From Malacoraja senta (lineage: Eukaryota): a DNA stretch of 64,000 bases. Numbering within the stretch: position 1 is the first letter of the stretch; every line of letters starts with the position of its first letter. This document shows positions 24,476-38,559 of the stretch, one piece after another. The DNA lies in assembly GCA_038087875.1 (NCBI GenBank), contig CM075987.1, positions 28,212,001 to 28,276,000 on the forward strand, in the 5' to 3' direction. The translations under genes were made by a program, and so were the position numbers. The notes under the pieces are model-generated. The model did no database searches. It saw nothing but the letters and a program-made list of their open reading frames with translations, and was not told where the DNA came from.

Positions 24476-27400
24476 CATTACAATTAATGCAAATAAAAAT
24501 GTAAACACAAAACTGGAGATAGACCAAAATGCTGGAGTAACTCAGCGGGATTCTATACAGAGATGCTGCATGTCCCCCTGAGTTACTCCAGCATTTTGTG
24601 TCTATCTTCGGTGTAAAACAGCATCTGCAGTTCCTTCCTAAACACAAACTAGAATGGTTCCTATTTCACTCACATCAGGAAACTTGCAAAATCAAAATGG
24701 AGGACATGGCTCCCATGAAAATAATCTCCATGTTCAGCCTATGTCACTTTAGTGCTGAGCACTGTTCTCCCATGGGATCACTCCAACCGGGAAACATGTG
24801 AAAAGGATCAGATGCTGATTGGCAGCTGCTAAATCATCACCAGCTACCTGTCGCAAAAGGAAGTGAATAGCTTCTAGCTCCTCACTGGAAAAGGGCCAAA
24901 CATTTAGAGAACTATGGCCAGCCAAGCAGAAAGGAAGCTGCAAGCAGTGTGTGACACACATTACAGTCACACCGCTGCAGAGAAACACTTGGTTATCCTG
25001 GAGCTTGTCATGCAATAACAGTTGCAGTGTGCACCCACATGCCAACACAGACCTACCCCGTCGGCACGAGCACGAGCACAAGTGAGCAGCCTCTTGTCGG
25101 GTCAGAGGGAAATGGAACCATCTCCAAACTCAAGCTGATATGGTGAATGGGACTGGTGCTACAAACTGTGGTGAGCAGGCCAGGCAATTCCTTAGGTCCC
25201 CCAATGCCTGAGTGTAGGCCAAGTGTGCTTTGGGATCCTCTGAAACCAACCCTCATTTTGTTCTGAGACATCAAGGTACAAGACCTGGTTGGTAGACTGT
25301 AAAAGAATGATTCCCCATCATGAAACAACCATTTGTTACTATTTTCCATTTTCTGACCTTGACCTTCCAATTCATTCTTCACTTCTAAGAATCTCAGTTT
25401 TGTTAACAAGCACAGGTTACCCGTCACAGGTTAACAGAGCATTTTGCTAACCTAGTCACAGGTTAACAGAGCGTTTTGTTAACCTAGTTGCAACTTGCAA
25501 AGCATGCCTGTTCCTTTGACAAGAACCTTCAAACACAATTTCAGCTTTTTAAGAACTTTGTCAACTGGTGTGGAGGGAAACCTCTTACTTTTCTCATGTG
25601 ACACTGTTCCAACATTTTTGAAGCCCACTAGTATTATAGAAAGCCTAAGAATGGTGTTCACCGTTAGTGTACCATCCCAGAGTTTTATTTGTTCATACAA
25701 AACAAAATACAGAAGATGATCACGTTCACGTAAGTTCCCGTAACAGGACATTTGATTTGACTAAAGATTTTCCTAACTACAATTTTCATCTGTGAAGACC
25801 AAATGCAATGCAATCATTTGCACCACACAGGTGAGATTATCAACCACTATTATACTATTAGCTGACATAGAAGTGTGTGTATTATTTTGAACAACACATA
25901 TAGAATGAGAGAGACCACAAACTATTCCCAATTCAATCTGTTACCTTCTTCCACAGCCCCAATGACAACAAAAAACCTCCTACAAGAGCAAACATCTGTC
26001 TTACAATGAGAATGTCTATGTCAACATCAAGAAAAATTATCTTTGTGCAAAGTGCTGGATTGTGTGCAGACAAGACTAATACAAATTTTTGGTGGTGCTA
26101 AATGAGCCGGGAAAAACAATGTGTGACAACATTTGCAGATCAAGGTTGTTGTCATTTGCATCAGCTTGCAGAAGCATCGCAGGTACATAGACTCAGACAA
26201 ACACACAAACAAATAAATTAAACATAAACTACACATATAATTCTCAAAATAACATTTGTTGTAGTGCCTCATGTGGGGGGAGAACTGTTCCCGTGATGGA
26301 CCAGGCAGAGTCCACCACCCTCTCTGCAGCCTCTCTCTTATGCTCCTATGTGTTGGAATTGTTGCACCAAGCACGATGCAACCAGTCGGGATACCTTCTA
26401 CACTAGATCTGTGAAATCAGAGTATCCTTAGAAATTCTGAATCTCTTTAAACTTCTAAGAAAGTCACTGGCAAACCACCTTTGTGATTGTATGTCAGTGC
26501 TGGGCCCAGGACTAGTCATCCAAGATTTTAACTCTGCTAACTCCCTCCAATAAACACTGGCACGTGGTTTCCCCACTTCCCCTTTCTGAAGTCCTGAACC
26601 AGTTCCTTGGTCTTGTTGACATTAAGTGAGAGATTGTGATTGAGGCACCACTTAGCCAGGGGTTCGATCTCTCTCCTGTACGCTGACAAAGTAGGGGAAA
26701 GTACATGGTATTATTTTGTGCCACTCATACTGTTCACAACTGTCTACAGTCAGCAGATGTCTGTATTCTACTTGACAATGTGCTTCATTGTGAAACCTTC
26801 ATATTGATACAGTTCCTGGAGCAGAAATTAAAGATTTCTGTTGATTTGAGAGTAATCTAAATGTATGGAACATAACAAGACCAACCCTGGGTAGAATTTT
26901 AGTTTTGGGGCACTGATGGCATATTTTCCAATGCTCGATAATGTTGAGAAATATCTTCCCAGCTACCTTTCACGATGCAGTCAAAGTGACCGAGAAATAT
27001 GAATCGTTGGTGATTCATGTTGCACTGCCTTCGGGAACGGTCCTTCAGCCCGACACTGATGTCCTACATTGCAGTGGAGCTCCAGCAATCCAGTGTCATT
27101 GGTGACCTGCGTACTGTGTCGAGTTTGCACGTTCCTGGTTCCTTCCACGTGCTAAATATGTGCTGATTAGTAAGGTAATTGACCACAGTAAGTTGCCTCT
27201 TATGTGGGTGGCTGGTGGGAGAATTAGAGGATAGAGGAGATGAGAGGGAGAGTTCATGGATGTTTGAGAGAACAGGTTCCAGGAAAAAATAGAAAATATT
27301 ACATTCAAGGGATAAACAATGGGCCAATAGCCTTTTCCTCTGGTGCAATAGCCTTTAACCTTGAACCCTTAATAAGCAGGACTCACCAATAACCTGTTCA

Positions 27401-28694
27401 ATGATGCCCAGTTGGGTTTTGTCACTACTACTAAAAGAACTATATTGCAGTGGCAGGGTGAGAATGGCCGGCTTAGACATCACAGCAATGCTTGACCAAG
27501 AGTAGCATTGAGAATGTCTGACGACCTGGAAATATATCTGTTTCTTCCTCATTACTGAAATGCTGGAACTCCCTCCCCACCGGCATTGTTCCACAAGTTG
27601 AAGGGAATGGTTCACCACCACCTTCTCAAAGGCAATTAAGGCTGACTTTCCTGGCAACAGCCACAGCCCATAAATAAGGATATTAACAAAACGGTAATCA
27701 GTTTGCCAAATAACAGGAAGCTCACACCCGGATTAAGTCCAGCAAGGAGCTCTGAGATCACATGCAAACAGCCCGATGAGTAACACAGATCACGTAGCTG
27801 CTAAACGACTCACTGCAGCATTGAAAATCTAAATGTGTGTAGAAAGGCCATAGGTCCACACTGGCTCATTAAAATACTTTAAAGTCAAATCAAAATCAAA
27901 GGAAATCTGGTAATTGAGCTCTAACTCATCAACTGTGCTATTAAACAATGCGGGTAATAAACCTACTGCTCTGGGCCAGTTTCTCCACTCAATGATCATC
28001 CTGTAACTTGCTTCCCATTTACAAAAGACTGACAACCCCAAACCCATAACAGAAAGATCACCTTTCCGCTTCCCTGCATTAATACCTTCATGTACTTTAT
28101 CTTCAACATGCAGGTCCAATCACAGACACCAACTCCAATGCTCCGTTCATGCCAATGTTTACAAACTAACTCCGATTGTCAATCAAATCTTGATTTGATG
28201 GCATAATTTAAATAATCACGTTATCTAATTATATAATAACAGAATTAGAACTTTATCTTAGGCTCAAAGATTTTTTTGCCAATTCAAATAATAAGATTAA
28301 AATGCTTTGCCCTTACATAAACTTATTACCTTAATTTAACATTTTCACATTCAAATCCCCCTTTTGGTTTGCTTTCATCTCATAACCTCAGTCCCACAAT
28401 ACTCAATCCAATTCAACCCCCTTGCACTTTCCTACTTTCTTTTACCCCAGCATTGGCGGTGATGTGCTATCACGACATAGCTAGCTCACATTCACCAGTG
28501 TGAAACTCACATCTCCACATTCAGGGACAGTTTCTTCCCTGCTGTTATCAGGCAAATGAATCATCCTACCACAACCAGAGAGCAGTGCTGATCTACTATC
28601 TACCTCATTAGTGACCCTGGGACTGTTGCTCATATATTTGATCTATACTGGCTTTACCTTGTACTAAACATAATTCCCTTATCATGTACACTGC

Positions 28695-29390
28695 AAATTA
28701 AGCATGCAGGTACAGCAGGCAGTGAAGAAAGCAAACGGCATGTTGGCCTTCATAGCAAGAGGATTTGAGTATAGGAGCAAGGAGGTCCTACTGCAGTTGT
28801 ACAGGGCCTTGGTGAGACAACACCAGGAGTATTGTGTGCTGTTTTGGTCTCCTAATTTGAGGATGGACATTCTTGCTATTGAGGAAGTGCAGCGTAGGTT
28901 CACCAGGTTAATTCCTGGGATGGCGGGACTGACATATGATGAAAGAATGGATTGACTGGGCTTATATTCACTGGAATTTAGAAGGATGAGAGGGGGATGA
29001 GAGGGATCTTAAAGAAATATACAAAATTCTTAAGGGATTGGACAGGCTGGATGCTTGAAAAATGTTCCTCATGTTGGGGGAGTCCAGAACCAGGGGTCAC
29101 AGTTTAAGAATAAGGGGTAGGCCATTTATGACTGAGATGAGGAAAAACATTTTCACCCTGAGAGTTGTGAATCTGTGAAATTCTCTGCCACAGAAGACAG
29201 GAGGCCAATTCACTGGCTGTTTTCAAAATAAAGTTAGATTTAGCTCTTAGGGCCAAGGGAATCAAGGGATATGGGGAGAAAGCAGGAACGGGGTACTGAT
29301 TTTGGATGATCAGTCATGATCATATTGAATGGCGGTGCTGGCTCGAAGGGCCGAATGGCCTACTCCTGCACCTATTTTCTATGTTTCTAA
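28695..29390 (+). mobile_element. CR1 3' fragment nested in an older LINE tail
   Basis: ORF 28704-28955 (MQVQQAVKKANGMLAFI…); ends in the CCTATTTTCTATGTTTCTA tail. Confidence 0.92.
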
Positions 29391-29659
29391 ATGGCTCGAT
29401 TGTAATCATGTATTGTCTTTCTGCTGACTGGTTAGCATGCAACAAAAGCTTTTCACTGCACCTCGATACACCTGACAATAATCTAAACTGAATCTTGTAC
29501 ATTAAGGATTGTTTGATTTTTGAAGAACCATTGCAAGGACAGAGCAGCCCAGACGGTTGGATCCAGGTCCAGGAGACACCACAGTAATAGTGTTGGAGGA
29601 GGAGGAGGGGTGGGATCTGAGGACAGAAACATTGCTGTAGGTCTGAGACGGGATAGCAG

Positions 29660-31130
29660 CACATTTGGAAAGTGTTGAAATCATTGGACAAAGTCAGTAT
29701 GGATTTACGAAAGGTAAATCATGTCTGACGAATCTTATAGAATTTTTCGAGGATGTAACTAGTAGAGTGGATAGGGGAGAACCAGTGGATGTGTTGTATC
29801 TGGACTTTCAGAAGGCTTTCGACAAGGTCCCACATAAGAGATTAGTATACAAACTTAAAGCACACGGTATTGGGGGTTCAGTATTGATGTGGATAGAGAA
29901 CTGGCTGGCAAACAGGAAGCAAAGAGTAGGAGTAAACGGGTCCTTTTCACAATGGCAGGCAGTGACTAGTGGGGTACCGCAAGGCTCAGTGCTGGGACCC
30001 CAGCTATTTACAATTTATATTAATGACCTGGATGAGGGAATTGAAGGCAACATCTCCAAGTTTGCGGATGACACTAAGCTGGGGGGCAGTGTTAGCTGTG
30101 AGGAGGATGCTAGGAGACTGCAAGGTGACTTGGATAGGCTGGGTGAGTGGGCAAATGTTTGGCAGATGCAGTATAATGTGGATAAATGTGAGGTTATCCA
30201 CTTTGGTGGCAAAAACAGGAAAGCAGACTATTATCTAAATGGTGGCCGATTAGGAAAAGGGGAGATGCAGCGAGACCTGGGTGTCATGGTACACCAGTCA
30301 TTGAAAGTTGGCATGCAGGTGCAGCAGGCAGTGAAGAAAGCGAATGGTATGTTAGCTTTCATAGCAAAAGGATTTGAGTATGGGAGCAGGGAGGTTCTAC
30401 TGCAATTGTACAGGGTCTTGGTGAGACCACACCTGGAGTATTGCGTGTTAAAGAAGGAACTGCAGATGCTGGAAAATCGAAGGTACACAAAAATGCTGGA
30501 GAAACTCAGCGGGTGCAGCAGCATCTATGGAGCGAAGGAAATAGGCAACGTTTCGGGCCGAAACACTTCTTCAGACAGTATTGCGTACAGTTTTGGTCTC
30601 CAAATCTGAGGAAGGACATTATAGCCATAGAGGGAGTGCAGAGAAGGTTCACCAGACTGATTCCTGGGATGTCAGGACTTTCATATGAAGAAAGACTGGA
30701 TAGACTTGGCTTATACTCGCTAGAATTTAGGAGATTGAGAGGGGATCTTATAGAAACGTACAAAATTCTTATGGGGTTGGACAGGCTAGATGCAGGAAGA
30801 TTGTTCCCGATGTTGGGGAAGTCCAGGACAAGGGGTCACAGCTTAAGGATAAGGGGGAAATCCTTTAAGACCGAGATGAGAAAAAACGTTTTCACACAGA
30901 GAGTGGTGAATCTCTGGAACTCTCTGCCACAGAGGGTAGTTGAGGCCAGTTCATTGGCTATATTTAAGAGGGAGTTAGATGTGGCCCTTGTGGCTAAAGG
31001 GATTAGGGGGTATGGAGAGAAGGCAGGTACGGGATACTGAGTTGGATGATCAGCCATGATCATATTGAATGGCGGTGCAGGCTCGAAGGGCCGAATGGCC
31101 TACTCCTGCACCTATTTTCTATGTATCTAT
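29660..31130 (+). mobile_element. 5'-truncated CR1 (RT domain to 3' tail), same subfamily as 3500-7820, interrupted at 30447-30576
   Basis: ORF 29665-30609 has RT motifs (YLDFQKAFDKV, GVPQGSVLGP, KFADD). The frame resumes after the insertion. Confidence 0.95.
30447..30576 (-). mobile_element. Short Penelope-derived insertion with hammerhead-like core
   Basis: 10-bp target duplication AGTATTGCGT (30437-30446, 30577-30586). Minus strand reads CTGAAGAAGTGTTTCGGCCCGAAACGTT. Confidence 0.75.
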
Positions 31131-33374
31131 GAGACATTGTGGCAGGCTGGACCAAACGTGACCTGCGTCAGCTATTATTTTTCTCCACTAAATCCATAGA
31201 ATTAACTCAGATTTGCAATCTCATTATCACAATGAATTACCAACTGTATTGATAGCTAAAAGAAAATTATCCATACACAATAATTTGCTGCAAAGATTAG
31301 TAAAACTGTAGAGAAAGCAGCTGTGTTCACAGGCTCTTGAGGCAAATCGTATTTTTAAGACTTGGCTGTTTTCCATGTCTTTAGCTTCTGTTCCCATGAG
31401 CTAGTTCTTGTATGCCATGAATCAGTGTAGAATGTTTTACCAAATATATCTGAAATACAACATGCCTGGCTGAATATTGTACTGCTGATAAAAATCACTG
31501 GAAGAAATACAAGTGACCTAATTTTCTGTGTCCAAATGACAAAATAACACGGACAGATTATAACTCTGTAAATTATGAATCGGATTTATTATAGAGGATT
31601 AAATAAATGAACATAAATTTCAGAATTTTTGAGTACCTCATTCCAAAATACACGTAGGAAATCATGAACTCCGACTGAACTCTTACGTTGCAGATGTATT
31701 TGGGAAATTCATCACATTTTGCATCTTACACACACAGCCCGACAAGAACTGCATGCAACGTTAACATAGATGTGCTGCAATTAGATGTTGCTTTTAAACG
31801 GTTTGCTGGATTTGAACTAAAAATGCTTGCAATAAACTAAACCCTAGGTGGAAATTAACTGTGATATCACTGTAGGAAAGCAGGAAGTGCTCTGTTGGGA
31901 TATTAACAACTGTATTATTTTGTTAGCATTAACGTCAGAATAATCCTTCCTAATTCCCTTGTTTTCTCAGTTCTGTGCAAATAATCAGCTCTGCTGACAC
32001 ACCAAACCCCCCTCCTTGCTGCTGCAAATGCCTCTTCAATTATTCCTGGGCAAGGCCTATACTAAAATATCGGGGGGAAACTACCAACAGCAATCCGACA
32101 ATTTATTTGTACCAGATAAACATTTAATTTCCACACTTTAACATCACAAATTCTTTCTAAATATTCTGATTTACCTTTTCCTTTCAGTTTACCATCTTAA
32201 GAGTGCAAGTTGACTGAAAATGTCATATTTTCCCATCCATCCCTCGAAATTTAGGATTAAAAGAATTTCATTAATATTTTTGACAGATAAAATGAATTTT
32301 AGGCTTTCATTTGCTTTTTATCAATAATCATTTTCAGGACTGTACAAAACTAAGGGTGTGAGGATAGAGAATGCACAATTAAAGGTTTGAGGTCATTATG
32401 CATTAAAATATAATAGGTAAGCAAATGATTCATATCTGCTTGAATGCAGTATGTTTACTCCGTGTAGCTTCATATGGGAAATACGTTAAAATACAAAATA
32501 AACCCTCTTTCATTAGCTACTGAGTGTATACATGACTTCCAACCCAACATGACTTCCAACCCTCTTTCATTAGCTACTGAGTGCATACATGACTTCCAAC
32601 CCAACGTTTGTCAATTTTTGAAGGGTGTTTATGGACAAAAATAAAACTTGCCAGGTCTACTCATAACTCACTCTGACTAGTGGCTAATCCCATGACTGTG
32701 CTCTCCCTCCAATGGTCGAGTGCTCCTCTCATGTCTTGCCAACTTGAATTGGACCCAGTGCTCATGCTGGGACTAATGAGAACGGATCCCAAAAGCCCAG
32801 GTGCTGTGTGACAAGAACAAGCTCTCGCTGAGTCCGAGTCTCTCTGAGTCTGACCACTGATCCGCAAACTCAAGTTGTAGCCTGACCAGAAGGTGTGTCT
32901 AACCCAAGGTCTGTAATATGTGATTACGGCTGTCTCCGCTCTGCATTCTGTTGTGATGGTTCAGTTATCCTTTTGTCTTTGTTGAAATGTATTTGGACTT
33001 CAGTTGGCGCTGAACGTTCAGTCAACTAAACATGTGCTTGCAAATGTTCTGGACTTCCACGCATCTTCAGCAAAATGCTTCAGCCTGAAACAAACTGGAG
33101 CTTGGATGAAGGTGCATTTGACCTCCCACGGGTTTCATCTTTATGTCCAATCCCTCAATGTCAGGGTTAGCTGCAACCCATTCATTTAAATGATGTCCCC
33201 AACTTTGTAAAAAATGGCTGGTAAAAGTTGACATTGTTTTACACTATTTTTATGTTATTAATTCATTCAACTATTTTAAAAATTACTAAATTATATATTG
33301 AATCTATCTGAATGGTCTTTAATAGTCTCTGACTATTGGAGATATTTTTAAATGGTTCATAAAGCAGCCGAAGC

Positions 33375-34017
33375 CAAGTCAAGTCAAGTCACATTTATTT
33401 ATATAGCACATTTAAAAAACAACTCTCGTTGGCCAAAGTGCTTTACATTTGTAATAAGAATAGCACAAACAAAACAAACTACATACATATATACATGTAG
33501 CCCTCACTCAGAGGTCGTCAGGAAAGGCTTGGGAGTATAGATAAGTCTTTAGTCTTGACTTAAAAGAGTCGATGGAGGGGACAGTTCTGATGGGAAAGGG
33601 GATGCTGTTCCACAGTCTAGGGGCTGCAACCGCAAAGGCGCGGTCGCCCCTGAGCTTATGCCTAGACCGTGGGATATTCAGCAACCCCAAGTCGGCCGAT
33701 CTGAGGGGCCTGGAGGTGGAGTGGTGGGTGAGAAGACTTTTTATGTAGGTGGGGGCAAGCCCATTGAGGGCTTTGTAGACATGGAGGAGGATCTTGAAGT
33801 TTATACGGAACCGCACAGGGAGCCAGTGGAGAGAGGCCAGGATCGGGGTGATGTGGTCCCTTTTTCGAGTGCCCGTCAGGAGTCTCGCTGCGGCGTTTTG
33901 GACCAGTTGCAGGCGGGACAGGGAAGATTGGCTGATGCCAGTGTAAAGGGAGTTGCAGTAATCTAGGCGGGAGGAGATGAATGTGTGGATGATCTTTTCG
34001 AGGTCATCAAACTGGTA
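33375..34017 (-). mobile_element. L2-clade LINE 3' fragment
   Basis: …SRLDYCNSLYTG…LQLVQNAAARLL…HITPILASLHWLPV… is the L2 ORF2 C-terminus; (GACTT)n tail at ~33375-33390. Confidence 0.9.
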
Positions 34018-34504
34018 TTCCAGGAGTGTGATCTGGTCAATGTGCTGACGAGACCTACATGCCTCCCTAATGCTTCTGGAACCTTCTATATCTGGGCAGG
34101 TGGGCAGTGGTGGCGTGGAATGATCTGGAGGCCCCGATGGAGAAGGGGACAGTGGGAACTCTTGCATGATTCCCGGAGCAGAATGTCAAAGCCATTTGCA
34201 AGAAGACCTCACCAGCACAACTCTGAAACAAACAACTAAAGCGGGCGTGGCAGCTGGTGAGAAGGATCCTTCATGCCGAGCTGGATACTCACCCCTCCCT
34301 GGATACTCACCCCTCCCTTCCCACACAAGCTTCATGCCGAGCTGGATACTCACCCCTCCCTTCCCACACAAGTCATGACCCTCCTCTCACCTGGATGGTT
34401 TGAAGAGAACTGCGGTGGTCTATGTCAGGATTTGAGCTGCTGGTAAATATAGGACTCAGCGCTCCACTCTGATCAGGCACTGAGTGTCGCTGGACGATCA
34501 ACGT

Positions 34505-35346
34505 GACTTGGACAGGTTGGGGGAGTGGGCAGATGCATGGCAGATTAAGTTTAATGCGGATAAATGTGAAGTTATCCACTTTGCTAGCAAAAACAAGAAG
34601 GCAGATTACTATCTAAATGGCGTCAAGTTGGGAAAAGGGGAAGTACAACGGGATCTGGGGGTCCTTGTTCATCAGTCTATGAAAGCAAGCATGCAGGTAC
34701 AGCAGGCAGTGAAGAAAGCGAATGGTATGTTGGCCTTTATAACAAGAGGAATCGAATATAGGAGCAAAGAGGTCCTTCTGCCGTTGTACAGAACCCTGGT
34801 GAGACCACACCTGGAGTATTGTGTGCAGTTTTGGTCCCCAAATTTGAGGAAGGACATTCTTGCTATTGAGGGAGTGCAGCGTAGGTTTACAAGGTTAATT
34901 CCCAGGATGGCGGGACTGTGATATGCTGAGAGAATGGAGCAGCTGGGCTTGTACACTCTGGAGTTTAGAAGGATGAGAGGGAATCTCATTGAAACATATA
35001 AGATTGTTAAGGGTTTGGACACGCTAGACGCAGGAAACATGTTCCAGAACCAGGGGCCACAGTTTAAGAATAAGGAGTAAGCCATTTAGAACGGAGACGA
35101 GGAAACACTTTATCTCACAGAGAGTGGTGAGTCTGTGGAATTCTCTGCCTCAGAGGGCGGTGGAGGCAGGTTCTCTGGATGCTTTCAAGAGAGAGCTAGA
35201 TAGGGCTCTTAAAAATAGCGGAGTCAGGGGATATGGGGAGAAGGCAGGAACGGGGTACTGATTGGGGATGATCAGCCATGATCACATTGAATGGCGGTGC
35301 TGGCTCGAAGGGCTGAATGGCCTACTCCTGCACCTATTGTCTATTG
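34505..35346 (+). mobile_element. 5'-truncated CR1 flanked by a 42-bp direct repeat
   Basis: ORF 34484-34921 is the CR1 ORF2 C-terminal region. Identical 42-mers at 34463-34504 and 35347-35388. Confidence 0.93.
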
Positions 35347-37574
35347 TCCACTCTGATCAGGCACTGAGTGTCGCTGGACGATCAACGTCCAGGTGAAAGA
35401 CGCATTAGGGTCTGCCCAAAGCTATTGGTCTTGCAGAGGGACACAATGAAGTTTGGTGCAGTCACTGCAAGACCAGAGCCTGTCCCCGACCACCACTAGA
35501 CATGGAGTGGCTGGGCCCAGCCTCTCTAACATTTCACTCATGCAACATTTGTGATGTTGTTACACTGTAAGTGAATACTGTTTGATGCAGTGAATAAGAT
35601 AGTGACATGTCCTGATTGTGACAATCAAGTATTATTGAATTATTGTATTCCTAAAGTATATTTTGGGGGGGAAAGAGTAGATAGGCACATAGATAACATG
35701 TCCAGGTCAGTTGAACCCTGCAGTATTTCCAGCAATATTTCCCATAGCCTGTCCCTGACTTAAAATGTAAGATTATAAAGAATAATTACACTCCAGCTTC
35801 CATCAACCAAGTGAGCTCATCAGAGAAAAATCATGGAACTATGAATCAGTATAGTACGTAGTCACTGAACCAGCTCGATCACTGGAAATAGTATCATCAC
35901 CTGTGGCAGAAATATTGGGTAATCTCCTACATAATGCGACTAGCATTAGGTGCAGCACCAGGCCACTCCCTAATCACCAAAGGTGAACTGTGAAGCTAAA
36001 ACCAAGCCCATAAATATCATGCTGCATTCTTCAGTCCATGCCCCACCCACCATCACACACTCGGATCAAAAATAGAATGGCAGGAAGTCAACACCTCACA
36101 TTAATGCTGATAAAATATAAACCATTCAGACTAAAACAAAAAGCTGGTAATGTTCACTGAAACCCAAGGCTGCGGGGCATTCTCAGTGAAGTCCAAATGC
36201 TGTTCACCAGGCCTTGAATGGTCACATAAGCTCTGGTTTGTGACCATGGTGAGCAAGAAATAGTTTGGACTAAAGTTCCAACAACAAAATACAAGGCGGG
36301 GTTGTTCTTTCATAGGTTTTTCTTGCTCTCTGAACTACTGCTACTGATGAACTGTGAAGCAGCCACCTACTGATGAATTTCCTACCTACTCTTGAGGCAG
36401 GAACTTGTCGGAGCTCTACAAAGAGTTTCCAAAGCAGTAGCACTCTAACACATTATCCAGTGTTTAAACAATAGCCAGTGGAGTTACAGTGCAGTGGTTA
36501 TATCACGGGACCAACAATACAGACACCTGGAACTACAGACCCAAGTTCCATTCCCACAATATAGCATCCTGGCCATTCCTTTTCCTCTCATCTGCCTTCT
36601 AGGAGTATACAGAGGATTGAACGACTGCTGCTGTCACCTCTTTCACTGGCCATTGCCAGAGATGCTGACATGTACACTTACTCTTAACTCTGCCTCATTA
36701 GTTATTCCATCATTGTACTTTAATATTCTTTCACACTGCCCACTCTTACTCCTTCATCATTGTGCTTATCATTATTGTGTGCACACTATTTACATTGAGC
36801 TTCAAGTCAACACAGAATTTCATTACACCCTGGTATACATGACAATAAACTAATCATAAATTTGTAATCTATGAAATTAAGATTTAGTTTAGAAACTGGA
36901 GTCCAAGTCACACTTCTGCGACCGTTGTCTCCTTTCATGACCCATCAGCATGACGAAGGATGAGGAGGCGTCAGTTCATCAGCAATTATGGATGAACAAT
37001 AAAGACTGCCCATACCAGCAACACTCAGATCGCAGAAACCTTCAACATAGACTTTCCCCACGGTTTATTATAGGTGCACTTGCCCCATCTCATTCGCAAG
37101 GATAGTATCCAACGGTGTGTCCTTGTGTGTTAGAGTAGAAACATAATGCTCAGGAACATTACCCTGGACGCAGTTTAGAAACTCTTCTTCCTCTTTTCCC
37201 TTAACACTATTACAATCTTAGTTTACAGCAGAATCATCTGGTCCGATCTGGTTTATTATTGTCATGTGTACCAAGATATAGTGAAAAGTTTAGTTTGCGT
37301 GATATCCAGTCAAATCATATTGTACAATCAAGCCGTACACCAGGTAGTGCAAAGAGAAATAGACCAGAGTGCAGAATATAGTGTTACAGTATCATAGTGT
37401 TACAATTACAGAGAAAAGATCCAAAGTCCTTAGAGTAGGTTGCAAATTCAGGACTATACCCTAGCTTAAGAGAAGACTGTTAGTAGTCTGATATTGTGTT
37501 TGAGTTTGCCTTGATTGTATTTATGCATGGTATATCTAATCTGTTTGGATAGCATGCAAAACAAAGCTATACAC

Positions 37575-38159
37575 GTGGCAATAATAAACCCAGACCTAGT
37601 AGAGGGAATGAATCTTGTGGTACATGCTTTCAAGCGTTTGTACCTTCTGCCTGACAGGAGAGGGGAGAAGAGGGAATGGCGGGTGAAAAAGGTCCTTGAT
37701 CATGTTGGCTGCTTCACCGAGGCAGAGTGAAGAGTAGATGGAGTTGATGGTGGGGAGTCTGGTATGTGTGTTGGACTGGGCTATATCAACAACTCTCTGG
37801 TGGCAGAGCTGTTGCCAAACCAAGTAATGTGACATCCCCACAGGATGCTTTCCACATTGCATCTATAGAAGTTGTTAAGACTCTTTCTAGACTCTTGGAG
37901 AAATGCCAAACTTCATGTCTTCTGAGAAAACAGACCCGTTGGTGTGCTTTCTTGGTCATGACAACCCTAAGGTTGGTATAGGACAAAGTATTGGTGATAT
38001 TTAAGCCTACAAATTTGAAACTGTTGACCAATTCCACTTCATCGCCATTGATGCTGATTGGGGCATGTCCTGAAGGCAATAATTAGCTCCATCATCTTGC
38101 TCACATTAAGATAGAAGTTGTTGTCCTGGCACCATGTTACTAATCTCCCTATCTCCTTC
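37575..38159 (-). mobile_element. Rex1/Babar-type LINE fragment
   Basis: PISINGDEVELVNSFKFVG…KKAHQRVCFLRR and WCQDNNFYLNVSK motifs. Confidence 0.8.
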
Positions 38160-38359
38160 NNNNNNNNNNNNNNNNNNNNNNNNNNNNNNNNNNNNNNNNN
38201 NNNNNNNNNNNNNNNNNNNNNNNNNNNNNNNNNNNNNNNNNNNNNNNNNNNNNNNNNNNNNNNNNNNNNNNNNNNNNNNNNNNNNNNNNNNNNNNNNNNN
38301 NNNNNNNNNNNNNNNNNNNNNNNNNNNNNNNNNNNNNNNNNNNNNNNNNNNNNNNNNNN
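38160..38359. other. Assembly gap (200 N)
   Basis: Run of N. Confidence 1.
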
Positions 38360-38559
38360 CGACACAAGTGTCGCCATGTTCTGGCACTGACCAAGTTACA
38401 ATCTGTGATTACACTGACCAGACTGAATGTGACAATGTAATGAAATAAAATGGAGAGCAGCAGCTATGGGCTGCAGGATGGATCCCCTTGGTCTTGCTTG
38501 TGATGTTCTGAGCGTGATCGCAGATCTGAGGATACACGTGTTTTAGGTATCCTGTTCTT

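Noticed and set aside
32500..32605. Short local duplications (also ~25415-25490 and ~34270-34365)
   Set aside because: Ordinary two-copy slippage events with no further structure.
32640..33180. Possible taperin 5' exon
   Set aside because: Stops in all minus-strand frames examined and no taperin motifs.
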